Positions 27,737 to 42,458 of a stretch of 64,000 nucleotides of DNA are shown here, in pieces; position 1 is the first letter of the stretch, and every line of letters begins with the position of its first letter. The stretch is from Octopus vulgaris (lineage: Eukaryota), in contig OX597825.1 in NCBI GenBank assembly GCA_951406725.2, positions 40,858,001 through 40,922,000 on the forward strand, given 5' to 3'. The position numbers were made by a program, and so were the translations under genes. Under the pieces are notes generated by a model. That model saw only the letters and a list, made by a program, of their open reading frames with translations. It had not been told where the DNA came from and made no database searches.

Positions 27737-28985
27737 CTAGCTTAAGGTGACCCGCTCTACGCGCGGGTGGGGTTGTGGTTGTTACTTTCTGTTGCTTCCT
27801 TTCTGTTTCTTATCGCCACATTCTCCCTCTTTGTTTCTCTATCCTTTCTCATTTTCTCACTCTTTTACTCTTCCTTTCTCTTGGACTTTCCTTCACTTTC
27901 TCTTACTTTTTATCTTTCTCTATCCATCTCTCTGCCATTTATAAAAAAAGCTTGATTTCCGCGTTTAAATTACAAATCCGCTTCCACTATACCATGTTGA
28001 AAATTTGATTGAAATCGGGCAAAAGGTGTCCGATCTAGACCACCAAGTGTCCCCCAAAATTAATAAAATCCCAGTTTTCACATCAAAGCAACCACTGTAG
28101 TGCCAGAAAACGTCTCCCAATCAATATCCCCCTCAAGTTACCCCCTCCTGTAAATTTGAATCCCCTTCCAGCCCCATTTGGACCGCTTTTTACATAAAAA
28201 TCCAATCTGCGTTTACGTTTGCCTTCTTCATATTATAGATAGGATTAGAAGCCAATCGCGCCAATCTGGAGGGTCTTAGAGCCCCCTTGAATCTTCTCAG
28301 CATAGCAACCGCATCTTTCCAGATGGTGAGTTTTAACCTACTCAACTCATCACGGTCTCTATGCCTGTGTCAATTTTCAGCTCGATCTGACCACTGGAGT
28401 GGCCGCCTACCTATGACGTAGCAAAACGTGCACACAATTTTGACCCAAAACCTCTTTTATATATAGATAGCAGAGAAACCCGGTCTTGCTCGGATTTAAA
28501 AAGTTTATCGTTGTTTTATTTGTTTCGGTATTATAACTCAATTTCATTCGGGTCTCCGCGGGCCACACTTTAAAGATGAGGAATTTTGCCACACCTTTTA
28601 ATTGAGCAAACTCAAAGTTGCCATGCAAACTCACCAGAACTTTTAACATAGGTGTGCAAATTTTCAATTGAATTCTACCATATTTACTAACACTTTTGCT
28701 TGTATAACTACTTGTGAGACAACGTCTGCCCTTTTCACAAATATACAGTAGACCTACAGAGATACCCGACCTTACTTGGGATTAAAATGGCACAGTTTTT
28801 GATTGTTTTACTTGTTTGGTTAATACAAGACGATTTAATTCGGGTGTAATCGGGCCACATTTTAAAAAGATGAGGAATTTTGTCCTAGAGGTCACGCCTT
28901 TCATTTGAGGAAAAAAATAGTTGGTATGCAAACTCGCCAGAACTTTTAACATAGGTGTGCATATTTTCAGCTCAACCGACCACAT
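27737..28985 (-). mobile_element. Cluster of non-autonomous Helitron-like units
   Basis: CTAG with hairpin ACCCGC…GCGGGT at 27737-27770; TATAGA|T termini at about 28239 and 28467; two homologous units at about 28468-28680 and 28752-28985, each starting with a CCCG…GG hairpin. Confidence 0.6.
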
Positions 28986-29029
28986 AATGCACACATAATA
29001 TATATATATATATGTACATATATACGCAT

Positions 29030-29072
<43 letters not shown>

Positions 29073-29099
29073 GTATGCATTATATATACAAATGTATAC

Positions 29100-29141
<42 letters not shown>

Positions 29142-29212
29142 TATATAAATACAGATATATACACTTTGTATATATATATACATTATATATACATACTTAT
29201 ATATAGATTCAG

Positions 29213-29243
<31 letters not shown>

Positions 29244-30411
29244 AATTAACCCAATAAATATCTGGTTCATAATATTTGTTTTCATGATTGTGCGGTGATT
29301 GTGGCGATAATAAAACTCTTTATGAATGAAGACAGACGTACAGAGAGAGAGGGGGAGGCGGTGAGGGAAAGAGTGACAGCGCTGGCAAAGGCTGCGGGGA
29401 AAGATAGTATAGAGAGAAAGTGATGGGAAGGGAGGAAACAGAGAGAGACAGAGGAAGGCATGCAGATAAGAGAATGAGAGGAGACTTGTCAAAGTGTGCG
29501 TTTTTTGCCCTAGTAAGATAGTAAGATAGGGATTCTAACCTAGGCCGCTCCCATCCTCACCTCATTTTACATGTCTCTATAAATTCTGGAGTCAATCCGA
29601 CTGGATCTAGTGCCCTTTAACCCGTTCTAATGCCAAAACCAGACAAACAAACTTTTTGCATTTTAGAATTATAATATAAAGATGATATGATTTATAAGGA
29701 AAATATTTGTTAAAAAGAATGGAGAAAAAAGGATTATCAGATGTTAATCAGGAAATGTATTCAAACAAATCCTGCACACTAGACTTTCCAAATGAATGAC
29801 TCGGTTTAGTCGCTGAAGATTCGATCATGAATACAGGTCATACCAGATTACATGTTAACAGCTGCGAGGATTTGTGACCTGACGAACATAGATACACACA
29901 CATATGATTGGTTATATATGCATCTATACACGTATATCAATTAACAAAATTCCGTAAACCAACTTTGACGTCAGGAAAGATGGATGGCAGTTGATGTGGG
30001 ATAATCGACTTCACAGCTGTGATGAGCGAAGTCGCATCTTGCTAGATTAATTGTTGCAACAGATATCGTTCCTGCCAAAATGAATTGAAAATATTAATAG
30101 TTTGTAGAAAGATAAAGATAAAGAAAGAGTGATGACAGAAAAAGAAATAAGAACATAGGCTTAAATATAATTCTGTCTTTAAATATGTCTCTATGGAATG
30201 TAAAATCTAAAAATGACAAAACAATAATGTAGATACATCAGTTGTTATAAGTGTAATGTAAACGTATACTCCGTAATCAAGGAAGACAACGTTAACATGA
30301 AATTATTAAATTTAGGTTAATCTTAGATAACTTGCGCAGTGTGATTTTCTGTTCGTTCTCCCACGCACATTTTTCTATTCATCTTTTACAAAATAATTTT
30401 TTCTTTTGATA

Positions 30412-31840
30412 GAAAACAATCATAGTTTCATTTGATGTAGTTAATTCATACACCAGTATGCCTCATAATTATGGACTAGACGCAGTTCAGTTCTGACTGG
30501 ACCAATTTTCGGAAGAAATACCAAAAAGGATCAGTAAAGAATTCATTACTAAATCGGTTGAATTCATCCTACAAAATAACCACTTCCTGTTTGACAATAC
30601 GTTTTACCGTCAAAAATTCAGAATTGCTATGGGTACAAGGCCAGCACCAGTCATTAAGAACCTAACAATGGGCTACTTGGAGATAATTATATACCAGGAA
30701 TCTTTATCGACCTTTGGAAACCCCCTTTCTCAATACATAAAAGAGAATTGGAAAAGATTCCTGGACGACTGTTTTATACTCTGGAATGAAAACACAGATA
30801 AACTCCTAAAATTCAAAAACCTATTGAACAGCGTCAACCCAAATATACAGTTCACAATGGAGTACAACCAAAAGGAGCTGCCATTCTTAGATATACTAAT
30901 TTAAAAAATTAACCTAAAAACAGACGCCAAACAATACCTACTTTTTGATTCATGCCCTCTAAGACACACTAAAACAAACATCCCATTCAACCTTGCAAGA
31001 AGGATATGCACAATAGCGTCAGAGCAAAATACCATAAAATTTAGTCTACAAGAACTCAAAAACACCCTAAGTGACAGACACTACCCAGTTCAACTCATAC
31101 AGGATGGAATCAGACGTGCAACAGAAATCTACATAGAAACTTTAAGAAAAGTTCAACACAGCAAAACACCTTCCTCGAAAATACTGCCTTACATATCCAC
31201 ATACAACCCCAGAAACAAAGAAGCTTTCACCATCACCACCCAGAATTTACCAATGCTTCATAAGGACACTAAATTAAAGGAAATTCTAAACATACATAAA
31301 ATCATTAAAAGCTACAAACAACCTAAATCACTAAAAAAGATCCTCACAAAGGCAAAATTGTTTTCTGAAATAACGGATGCAAAAGTAAAAAAATGTGGTA
31401 GACCAAACTGTGCAACATGCCTAAACCTTCTAGAAGGATCAGAATTCCTCTTCAAAGAGGGACAAAAGTTCAAGATCAAATCTAATTTTACTTGTGCTTC
31501 AGAAAACATAATTTATGTTATAAGATGCTCGGGGTACCACCAAAACTATGTAGGGTCCACAGGATTATCATTCAGACGCAAATGCACTCTGCATCGACAA
31601 CAGATTGTATTCCCAGAATACAGAATGATACCCTTTAGCGAGCATATTGAGAAATGCGCAACGCAAATACTACCACAATTTTTAATCTTTCCATTCTATC
31701 AATGTGCTATTGGAACACCAATACAAATTAGATTAAACAAGGAAACATTCTTTATTAAAAAATATAAACCAAAACTTAACCACCCTAACATTTTTATACA
31801 AAGAAACTCATCTCATTGGAAAAAAAAGAAAAATATATAA
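30412..31840 (+). mobile_element. 5'-truncated Penelope-like element (Neptune-type RT and GIY-YIG)
   Basis: IVSFDV, AMGT, RFLDDCF, LPFLDI, NIPFNLARRICTI, CGRPNCATC linker, NIIYVIRC…YVGST, ETFFIKKYKPKLN; disrupted. Confidence 0.92.
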
Positions 31841-32148
31841 AGCGATTATCTCCCTTATACCGGGAGAAATCCCTGATTACCTCCCCTTGCCTGGAACTCT
31901 TCTTTTCACTTTATAATGAAGACATGACACGATGTAGGTAAAGCCATTTGAGAAATTTGAAAAGAAAATACGAAACCGGTTATTTCTCCAAAAACTATGT
32001 TACTATACACAAAATTTATAACATTTTTCTAACATAACGATTTAAATATATTTGCTTAACCTTATAACACAAACCTTCTGTAGTTTTTTCACTCTTTTCT
32101 ATTTTTTATTCATCCAGCAACGTGCTTTTACACACCAACTTTCTCACC

Positions 32149-32223
<75 letters not shown>

Positions 32224-32661
32224 ATGCATGCATGTATGTATGTATGTATATGTACATTGTTGAGATAAAATGCGGACTAGCTGACCACACACCTGTCAAT
32301 TTCCAAACAAATACTTGATACTTGACTATAATCACTTCCACTGTACATTGCCCCTCTCTTTAGCAATAGTATAATAATCAAAAGACACCTTCTTAAGTAC
32401 ATTCCAATCATAATTTATATACTGAACACCTTCCAACATAATCATAAAAATGCTCTTGGCTTCAAAGCCTCCCATTTAAGCCATGGTTTCTAGCCCTCCA
32501 TAGAACTAAATGTTAATTATGAACTGCCACTTGTCATCAGTATTAGAATATGGCTGTACCTTACATTTGGAGAAAACTTCGACTTTTATATAAATTATAT
32601 TATAATTTGCTTATAAATACGCATTTTTATATCTTTTTGTGCGTGTATGTGTAAGCAGATG

Positions 32662-32760
32662 TACGACGGAATACCCAAAAGTAAACGGAAAGTTCTTTGT
32701 GGGACACGCCTCTTGTAGTTCGGGCTTCTGCCGCTAGAAAGCACTTGATGCGACCCTCAG
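32662..32760 (+). mobile_element. Possible mariner terminal fragment
   Basis: TACGACGGAATACCCAAAAGTAAACGGAA resembles mariner-type TIR starts. Confidence 0.35.
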
Positions 32761-33199
32761 GCATCATTGGCTATGTGGTCTCAAAGCAAAATTCTGACCA
32801 CACCATGTGTATGTATATGTGAATGTAAGAGAGTGAGAGAGAGTATTTTTGCATATATTTCTGGATTTGCAGGTGTGTGTTAAAAGTATTCCACTCAAGT
32901 CTAGAAATAAGAAAAAATAATTTAAAGTAAATCCGTTATTCCTTTAATAATTTAGCGAATTAATTCCAAACTATATTGTTACAGTCAAGTAAGTTCAAAA
33001 TACCCCCTTAAGTTCTGCGAATATTTTAGGTAAATACATGAAAGTACATAATTTCAAACCCCTTTTACTTCATGCAGACGTTATTCACTAAAATATATGC
33101 CTGTAATAACTTACTACTGGTCTTCATTTAATATATAGTGCATCTACCAGAGGGACCCGCTTTATACACTCACTAGGAACAAGTGAAGTAACATCGTGT

Positions 33200-34060
33200 A
33201 TGTTATTCGATGCAAATTAATTAGGGATATAACTTTTTGTTTTTTAATAACTCAAAAATATAAGGGGAAATAAACCTTATAAATACCAGAAGATGAATTG
33301 GAAACAGGTATCAGTAGGTCATTAAGAATTCTAAATTGATTAATATTTTGCTAGGAAAAACTTCTCTTCCTAATTCTTTGCTCTTTTGTCATATTTTCTG
33401 CACATCGATCTAAATGTTCACTGGGTAAAGCTTTGTAGTTTGGGGTCACGCATTTTCTGTTGATGAACTGTCAAATGCTTTTTCTGTGATATACCAGTTT
33501 AGTTAATATAATTCTCGCCACACCCACTGCATGTTATGACATAAATTAAATTCTCCGAAAGACGTGAAATGTCGTTTTCTATTTTCAAAATTTGCCCATT
33601 TTTTAAAAGTAGAGCTCTTAGCTTTAAGATATATTGATACAAATTGCACAATTGGATGTTGCCCATTTTTAATAGTCGGGTTATGTGTATGTTGGTAGAT
33701 AGTTGGGCACTGGTTAAAAGTTTCTCCAGAGAATTTGACTTTTTGCGTTTGGTTATTTTTTTGTTTATCTATGATTTTCCTCATTCTAGGAACACATTTC
33801 GACAGGGGTAAATTTTGCTTAATTACATTAAGGGCCTTGGTGTTCTGTCTTGGTTTCACGGTAAAATATTTGTTTCTACTTTGCTTTTCACAGTTCTTAA
33901 ATGTTTTTTGCTCAAACGGTTTAAAGTTATATATTAATAAAAATATATTTGAAACATATAGAGAGCTCCATAAGAGAGGAACTTGGATATGTCAGATCAC
34001 ATATTCTGAGCAACAAATGATGAAACATCAATATATTCTTTTGATGTGGTTAAGCTGTAT
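33200..34060 (-). mobile_element. Decayed PLE fragment (RT C-terminus and GIY-YIG)
   Basis: NVIKQNLP…PRMRKII; HLDRCA; homology to 31000-31800. Confidence 0.75.
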
Positions 34061-34079
34061 TTAAAATAATCACGATGAA

Positions 34080-35150
34080 TATGGAATAGAAGCAATGTAT
34101 TTTTGTTTCAATAAATATTGGTTACCTGATCACATAAAAAGAGAATTTCTTTTTTAATATCTTCAATTTATTTTACAAAATAAGTTTTTTTTAATTTCTA
34201 ACAATTAACATGTAAACGAAAATTCTGGTCGGCGACGGAAACCATGGTAGCACCATGGTAACGTATACAAACTTGGCTAGATACCGTTAACTTAAAATAT
34301 ATGAAAAATCCTTCTTAAGATATGGAAATAGTTTTCATGATTACTTAAAAGGAATTTGGATGAGATATTTAGATGCTTGTTTTATGTTGTGAGGGAAAAG
34401 GTTCGATCAGACTTGTAGAAATCAAGGCTCTAAAAAACAGTATCATCGAGAACATCCAGTTTACAGGGAAATATCACAAGGATGAATTATCCTTTTTAAA
34501 TATATCAGTTTCAGAAAACAGAATAGAATCTAGATGTATACTATAAACCAATAGACTCGAAACAATATTTGTATTTCCTTCATGCCACGCAAAGTAGCAC
34601 AACTTGTGTAACCTAGTAAAAGTAATATGCACCATTGTACCAAATCTGAATACCTAAAAGAAAAGACTAACTGAAGTAAACGATATTTCGATTAGTAGAC
34701 ATTACCAGTATACTGAAAGAGCATTACTCTGCTCTTTTGGTTGATAGCACAACCAAAAGAGCAGAGACATTTGATGTCAGTGATTTGAGTACTGTGAAAA
34801 CTAAAATAGAAACAAATGTTTTACCGTACATCTCAATCCAAAATATTATGAAAGCTGAGGTCTTTAATGTAATTAAGCAACATTTACCCCTGCTAAAATA
34901 TAATCCTAGAATGAGAAGAATTATAGAAAACAAAAGCCAGTCACATTCATTGAAAGTCTTCACAACTGCCTGGCTACCTACCAATATTACACATAACCCG
35001 ATTGTTAAGAATGCGGAAGATCATATTGTGGAAATTGTATTCGAAAGCTCAGAATTACGCTTCAAAAATTTCTTTTATATTACAACATACTGTAGGTATG
35101 ATAAGAATTATATAGACCAAATAGGCATGTCACTTAGATAACGTCGTTTC
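34080..35150 (+). mobile_element. Decayed PLE fragment (RT and linker)
   Basis: RYLDACF, DELSFL, YYKPIDSKQYLY, LPYIS…EVFNVIKQHLP…PRMRRII, YIDQ. Confidence 0.8.
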
Positions 35151-35199
35151 AAGCATATTCTTACGTTTTGAAACTATTTCTCTGTAATAAAATACCCTA

Positions 35200-36305
35200 C
35201 TCTTAATTCCCTTAAATACCACGGTAGGCTGACTATGAAGGAGTGATGTGAGAGCTGAGAAATCTTGCATGCATTAATTTCAACATATCTTATTAATAAC
35301 TACATTGTTTCTTTCTAGGTAAACTGATGTCTGACTGTTCATAAAGACTTCAAAACTAACTAATATCGACTTTTCTTGAAAAGTACCCCGCGGTACTATG
35401 AAATACCTGCAGGAAATGTGTTTATCCCCCAGGGACATGCAAACTGACATGGTTGCTACTTTAGGAGATAATGCTCCATCTTTATCAACAGTATAAACGT
35501 GGACAGCCGAATTAGAATTTAGAAAGGCAGGGGATCTTGAAGATGACCAAGTTATTGACATCCATCAGCTGCTACCCCCAAGGGAAACATTGATGACAGG
35601 CGATTGACTATAAATCAAGTAGCCAATGTTATTAGCATATTTCATGAGAGAGTTGGGAATATTCTAGAGATGAAGGTTTCTTCTTAGTCAGTGAGTGCTA
35701 CGTCTTCTGACACCCGATCAAATGCGCACCAGGCTTATCATATCACAAGAAAATCTTACATTGTTTGAGGCAAATACACCTGCTTTCCTTGAACGCTTTC
35801 TAAGCCATGGGTATTGTCGTATCATTTGAGTCAGAAACAAAGAGACAATTCATGTAGTGAAAACATCTTCCTCACCTGCTACAAAGAAAGCCAAGGTCAT
35901 TGCACCTACAGGGAAGATGTTGGCCTCAGTTACTTGGGAATGCAAAAGCATTGTGTTTATTGGCTATCTTCAAATGGGTCACTCCATCAATAGAGAGTAC
36001 TATGCCAACTTGCTAAAGCAGTTAAGAAAGGCTATCAAGACGAAACACCCAGGAAAACTGGCGTAAGGCGTCTTGTTTCATCAAGTCAGCGCTCCAGCAC
36101 ACACGTCCTTGGTGTCATTGGCTGCTACGCGTAAATGTGACTTTGAACTTGTTGATCACCCACTACTCTTTTCTTCTGATTTGGTCCCATCTGACTATTA
36201 TCTGTTCCTCAACACGTAACAAACACTTGGCTGGGAACTAAGCACTTCAACACCGATGGGAGAAAATTGTGTGGAATTTTCATCCACTCGTATAAAAGGG
36301 CATTT
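35200..36305 (+). mobile_element. Decayed mariner (DD34D-type) transposon
   Basis: TLGDNAPSLSTV, GKMLASVTW…INREYYANLL.QLR.AIK.KHPGKL*GVLFHQ.SAPAH, SDLVPSDYYLF. Confidence 0.88.
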
Positions 36306-36381
36306 TTTTTATTTTCACACACACACAAATACACACACACATACATACATATATAAATATAAATACATATATATATATATT

Positions 36382-36445
<64 letters not shown>

Positions 36446-38889
36446 CACCTATAAATTCCCTCCAGAATGTGAAGGTATTACTTAGCGTGAATAAACCAAC
36501 ATCTGTAGCATTATTTTATTACATAATGAGCCACTATTTCTCACCAAAAGTTTATGGCTGCTTTTAGTCAGAACTAGTGCTAATTGTCTGTATTTTTTAT
36601 TTTGATTCACCGTATATACTGCAGTGTTCTTATCATAAATGAAATATTTATATATCAGTTACTTTTAAGAAATTATTCATTTTTTTACTATCATCCATCA
36701 AATCGAAAATCTCAATTTTCCAATTTTTAGTGGAATATATTTTTTGTGAAGCACAGGCTAGTATTTCAAATACTCTCCATATTTTGCACTGTACATTGTT
36801 TTTATAAAAATAATTTCCATTTCTTCCCCCTTTTTATTTAAATTTTATTTTATAAGGCTATGTCTTTTATTTCCTTCATCTGTAGGTAAACGATTTAATA
36901 TCTTTATATCACATCATTGGAGCTGGTGGATACTTATATTTATTTAAATTAAAGAGTGGCTTTTTTTTCAAGCTGAAAATGAACTGCAGGTTTTCATTAA
37001 TAATAGATTAAATTTAAAATCGAAGAGGGATAACATCGTCTACTAAGTAGGATGCATTCGATGATATTTACGAGATTTTTCACCATGTGAGTTCAGTCAA
37101 ATATATTTATGAATATATACTGGTTTTGTTTTTCGCATGTTTCACCAAATAATGAAAGTGAGTGTGTCTCTACAATGTTTTTTTTCAATATAATTTAAAC
37201 AATATATACGTCATTATGTTCAGATATTGTTTATCTGTGTGTATATATTTAAGCATGTGTAAATATTCGTATTTATTTATGCATGTGTGTTTTTATGAGT
37301 CTCAGCTATTGTACCGTCCACACATATTGACAGCTTACTGCCATTATTGGCGCTTAATCTGAAACAGCCATCTGACACACTTTTTTTTTAGCTATCGTCT
37401 GATTTTCTACTTTGGTTAAACACTCTAGCCTATTTAAAGACTGAGATATCTCTGAAATTTCAGAATCAATTTTTGTTATATCATGAAAGCCTTTCCTCCT
37501 GTGTTCATATCAGAACAAATATGGAGTAATGGTTCCTTGGGTGAAATTTAGTCGTCTTACTTGGCATAATTCTTAGAAGTTTCACTTTAAGCTCCGTGCC
37601 ACATGAAGCTGTTTTGCATCCACCACCATGGAAGTTAGTACTACATTTACGACCAGGGTTATTTGAAAGAAACCTTCACTCAACATAGATATGGTGACCC
37701 TGTTGTTACGATACAGCAGCGTCACATTTATTCGATATCAACCTTCAGTGTCCCCGCGTGTACTGTCACTGCTCCTTTATATCACAACCAATCCATAAAC
37801 TTCTCTTCAAAGTTAGTATGTTCTCAATTCCTGTAAAATTGATGTATTTTCTACTATGAAATGATTTCCTTCTTCCTTCCACATACACGATGCTATATTT
37901 TCCTTTTCTACACAATGTCTGATAATGACATTAGAAACTATTGTTGTTTCTTAACTTTCGCGATTACTTACTAACTCCTGATTTTGCTAGAAGCTATTAG
38001 CTAAGTTTATCATTGTTTCTCGATCAAACAGCATACATATTTTCACTTATTTCCCATCAAATATATACATACAATTTAATAAGTTTATTAAAATATTTTA
38101 ACTTCGGTGTCTGATCAACACTTATTTCTTTTTATACATGCAAACTATCGGAAATGATTACACATACTATATGTGTCAAAACGAGCAAAAGAACAAAACA
38201 TAGGGTTCGGATTTCTCAGAACAACACCAGACTCATCCCAAAACGGTAAATAAAATTTGCCTCGTTCTCTTAACCTGAAGTGAATCATGAGACACAGATG
38301 CTTCCTATTTCAGTTAGAACCGGCAAAGACAAGGCGATTTATCCATGGAAACAATAACAGCTACATAACCCACTTTCACATGAGGATTAGGACTAGACGA
38401 AGGACAACTGAGGTAAGATTATTCCTCTCCTACCGCTCCAAAATAAATTAAACTTGCTCTGCATGTTAAACAGAAAAATACTTTTTCTAGAGAAGAATTT
38501 AAATTTTATGAAGAGAAAAATGGCATAGTTGAGCCAACACTAATCTAAACGAAATGAAATTCAGTCTTTCGCAAGATAAAAATAAAACTCTAAAAAGAGT
38601 TACATAAGATGCATAAAGTGTATAGAAACAAACTGCGGAATGTAGGAAAATTTAAACCACATAAAAAGAATAGGATGATAATTGAAATTTCAAGCAGAAT
38701 ATTAATTTCCAAAGATACAGAAAACATAACTCCTTACTTGAGAGCTCCGGCTGAAAGACTTTGGAATCGACAGCTATGAATAAGGAAGAAGGACAATAAA
38801 TTGGGGGCTAAACCAGGAATGTCGAGGGATTCTCATTAACCCCAGAGATGTTTCATTTCTTGTCTTAACTGTTGTGCATTTTGTCATAC

Positions 38890-39985
38890 TTTAGTTTTTA
38901 TTTACTTCCGTGTAGCATTTGAACTCGACCTTTCGTCTGTTTTTTCGTTCCAAATTGAAATTCCGCCGTGACTGAGAACGTTTTTCTTCTTTGAGGGACC
39001 GATAAAATAAGTACCAGTTAGGCACTGGGATTAATGTACTGGATTTAACCCATATCCCAAAATCGCTGGACATGTGTCAGAATTTGTAACCAATATTATT
39101 ATGATTTAAGGTGGTGAGCTGACAGAATCGTTAGCACGACGGGCAAAATGCTAAGCAGCATTTCGACTGTTTCCACCTTCTAAGTTCAAATTCCGCCGAG
39201 GTCAAGTTCGTTTTCCATCATTTCGGAGTTAATAAAATGAGTACCAGTTGACCAATTGTGTTGGTGTATTCGACTTAACCCCTCCCGAAAATTCATGGAA
39301 TGTGCCAAAATTTTCAATCAATACGTTAAAGCGGTGAACTGGTAGAATCGTCAGCACGACAACAAAAATGTTTAGCAGCATTTCGTCCGTACTTACCATC
39401 TAGTACAAATTCCACCGAGGTTGACATTGTTTTTCATTCTTTCAGGATCAATAGAATAAGTACCAGTTGTTTACTGGGGTCAATTTAATCGACTGTTCCT
39501 ATCCCCCAATATTTCCAGGCCTTGTGCCTATAACAGAAAGGAATAGTATTATAATTAAAGTGAAAGCTGGTAGAAATCTTAGCATGCCGAACAAAATGCT
39601 ATGTGGAATTTCCTGCGTCTTTATATTTTCAGTTCAAATTTCGCCGAGGTTGACTTTACATTTCATCTTCTCGGGTTTCGATAAATTATTAAGTAACAAT
39701 TAATCACTGGGGCCGATATAACTCACTTACCCACTTACCCAATATTGCTGGTCTTGTGCCAAAATTTGAAATCGCTATTATTGTTATTATTTAAAACGGT
39801 AAGCCGGCAGAATCGTTAGCATTTCATCCGTGTTTACGTTCTGAGTGCAAAGTACCCCCGAGGTAGTCTTTGTCTTTCATCATTTCAGGGTCAATAAAAA
39901 TAAGTACTAGTTGAGTACCGTGTTGGTTTTATTGGCTAGACCTTTCCCCCATAATTTCAGGCCCTGTGCCAATTGTACAAAGGAT
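38890..39985. mobile_element. Array of family C tRNA-derived SINEs (one minus copy, then about four head-to-tail plus copies)
   Basis: Recurrent GCAGAATCGTTAGCA…GTTCAAATTCCGCCGAGGT…TTTCATC…AAGTACCAGTTG…CTTGTGCC units of about 220 bp. The central part resembles the Meta-SINE domain (from memory). Confidence 0.85.
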
Positions 39986-40293
39986 AATTATTAATTGCTA
40001 ATCTTTTATACATAAAACTTAATGTCTTTATTTGACATCCATCACATTTTCATTCCTAGCACTCACTAGAAACTCGTTTTCATTTGAATGTCAAAATTTC
40101 CTTGGCATCGAACTTAAATTTCACATTTCACTCGACATTCATCAATGAAATTTAATTAATATTTGTTTCTTATTATATAATGGTTTTATTAACAATAAAT
40201 TTTCCGTAAAATCTTGTTTTATTACTTCCAATTTTCATTCAATTACATTTTCCATTCATACTAATTTAGAGTTAATCAATGTGCTGGCATGAG

Positions 40294-40361
<68 letters not shown>

Positions 40362-41044
40362 TGTGTGTGTGTGTGTTTGTGTGAGTGCGTGCATGTATGA
40401 CTGTTTGTATATTGTAATGTATATGCAAATAAACTTAACACACCAGAGTGTAAATACATAAATCACTCGATCTCTAATAATAGTACAATTACCACGCACA
40501 CACACGCACTCACACGCACATGTAGGTAGAGGGACAGATAGTACACACACACATACATACGTACACTTAGTTCCGTGTATAATTTTTATGGTTAGTATTA
40601 TGATAAAACTTCGTAACGTTTTCATTTCCTGGATCGCTTGAAAGATAAGAAATGAAAGGTATTAAAGAAGAATGTATGTGTATCTATATATTGATGGCTG
40701 GATAACTGGATGAATGGATAAATATATGTGTGCGTGTGTGTATATACATATATGCACATACATATACATATATACACACACATATATGTCTATATGTCTT
40801 ATTATAAAAGGTAGATTTTATCTGCCTCCCTTTGTCTCTTATAGAAATCTACAATATAGGATTTCTTCTATTACAATTTACCTAGCATTTTTAAGAGTAG
40901 AATGCATCGGGTCGTGCCAGGTCCAGTTTTTAAAATTTCAACCCCAATTAAGCAAAATTTAGAGAAAACTCACATTGTGGTGTGTGAGTCAAGTGCTTTT
41001 CTTAGTGTGGGCTATAGCACACGCACACACACACACACACACAA

Positions 41045-41954
41045 AAAGGGAGCGATCTGATTCATTCACGCTATCACTCTAATTTCTACGACTTTCTCTT
41101 TGCAAGTTTGCAACGATTAAAGTGAAACCACTACTAAAAAAACCACTACTATAATTTCATTATATCAAGCAGCGAGTCAGAATTCGAAGGATTTTCTACT
41201 GAAGACCTTCATAAATCTAACTCTATGACTGAAAAAAAAAAGCATGTGGTATTTAATAATGAATCTGATGTTTCATTTTCCGAAAGTGAAAACAGTGAAT
41301 CCGAGAGCCCCGACAGCGATAAAGAAAATGAATTGGCACCTGAATGGAGTGAAAATTTAAAAACTGTTTCTTTCGGTGATTTTTCTGAAGAAACTGGACC
41401 AAGCCACAGACTTTCCCAGAAGAGTAAAGCCTTAGACTATTTCTTTTTACTTTTTCGAATGAGCCCATTTGAAATCATTACGGCGGAAACGAACTGATAC
41501 GCTAAACGTAAACAAAGCGAAAGAAAGGATAGTTTGTTATTTCCCACAACCTTAAATGAAATTAAGGCCTATTTTGCCATAAATATTATTATGGGTATCA
41601 GAAAGTTACCCAGAATAACAAATTCTATCGTAAAATTTTGTTGTATACCCAATTGAATATTAGCTAATAACCCATTTTCTATAGCGATGTTTGAACAAAA
41701 TTTTAATAATTTTATATATTGTTGAATTTACCTGTATCTACCTGCAATTAGAGTCACTTTGTGACAAAAAATATAGTATAGAATTGGTTGAGAACATTTC
41801 ATTAAATTATCTTCCAAAATTCATGTTAATATATTGATAAATAAAAAGTTATAGTTGTGTAATGAAACCAGACTAAATTTATGATTACGTTAGAAATTAA
41901 TTGAAACACATAAGGGGTGTATTTTGGTCAGAAATATAGTAACGAAAGGGTTAA
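41045..41954 (+). mobile_element. Internally deleted piggyBac (PGBD4-like) remnant
   Basis: Acidic N-terminus, then TGPS…LDYFFLLF…IITAETN*YA…TTLNEIKAYFAINIIMGI.KLP; right end GTAACGAAAGGG-TTAA. Confidence 0.85.
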
Positions 41955-42062
41955 GAAAAACCAAAAAATATTTTATTCTTTATAAATGTTGTGTTCAAAA
42001 TAACATTTTCTTTTAAGAATGTGTATATAACAAAGTATGTGTATATAACTACGTGGCTTATA

Positions 42063-42458
42063 TCTTTATATATAAGAGTGAAGTTGTGTGTCTGTCTCCT
42101 ACGATTTGGATTCGTAACTACTCCCACATTTTGCGGTGCAGTTTAACAAAAAGTGGGTATCTTATAGTCGTGATTCATATCGAGCCCTTCTGGGTATTAG
42201 CGCGCGTCTACGATGAGTCTACGATTTTTAAAAAATTTACCATCATATTTTTCCATTTTAATGCATTTTTTCGCTATTATATAAGGGAAGTAATTCTCTA
42301 AAAATATCTACGATGTGTCAACGATTTAAAAAAAATTTACCTTAATTTTTTTTCAATTTTTAATGCATTTTTTTGCTATTTTTTGGCTATAACTCTCTAA
42401 AAATGCTTATATAGTTATTTCCCTTACAAATCCGAGCAACGCCGGGCGATACTGCTAG
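42063..42458 (+). mobile_element. Non-autonomous Helitron
   Basis: A|TC start, 3' hairpin CCGAGCAACGCCGG, CTAG|T end; 3' end shared with 23160-23937. Confidence 0.85.

Noticed and set aside
37480-37760. Possible host exon (Cys/Gly-containing minus frame)
   Set aside because: No recognisable domain or supportable splice structure
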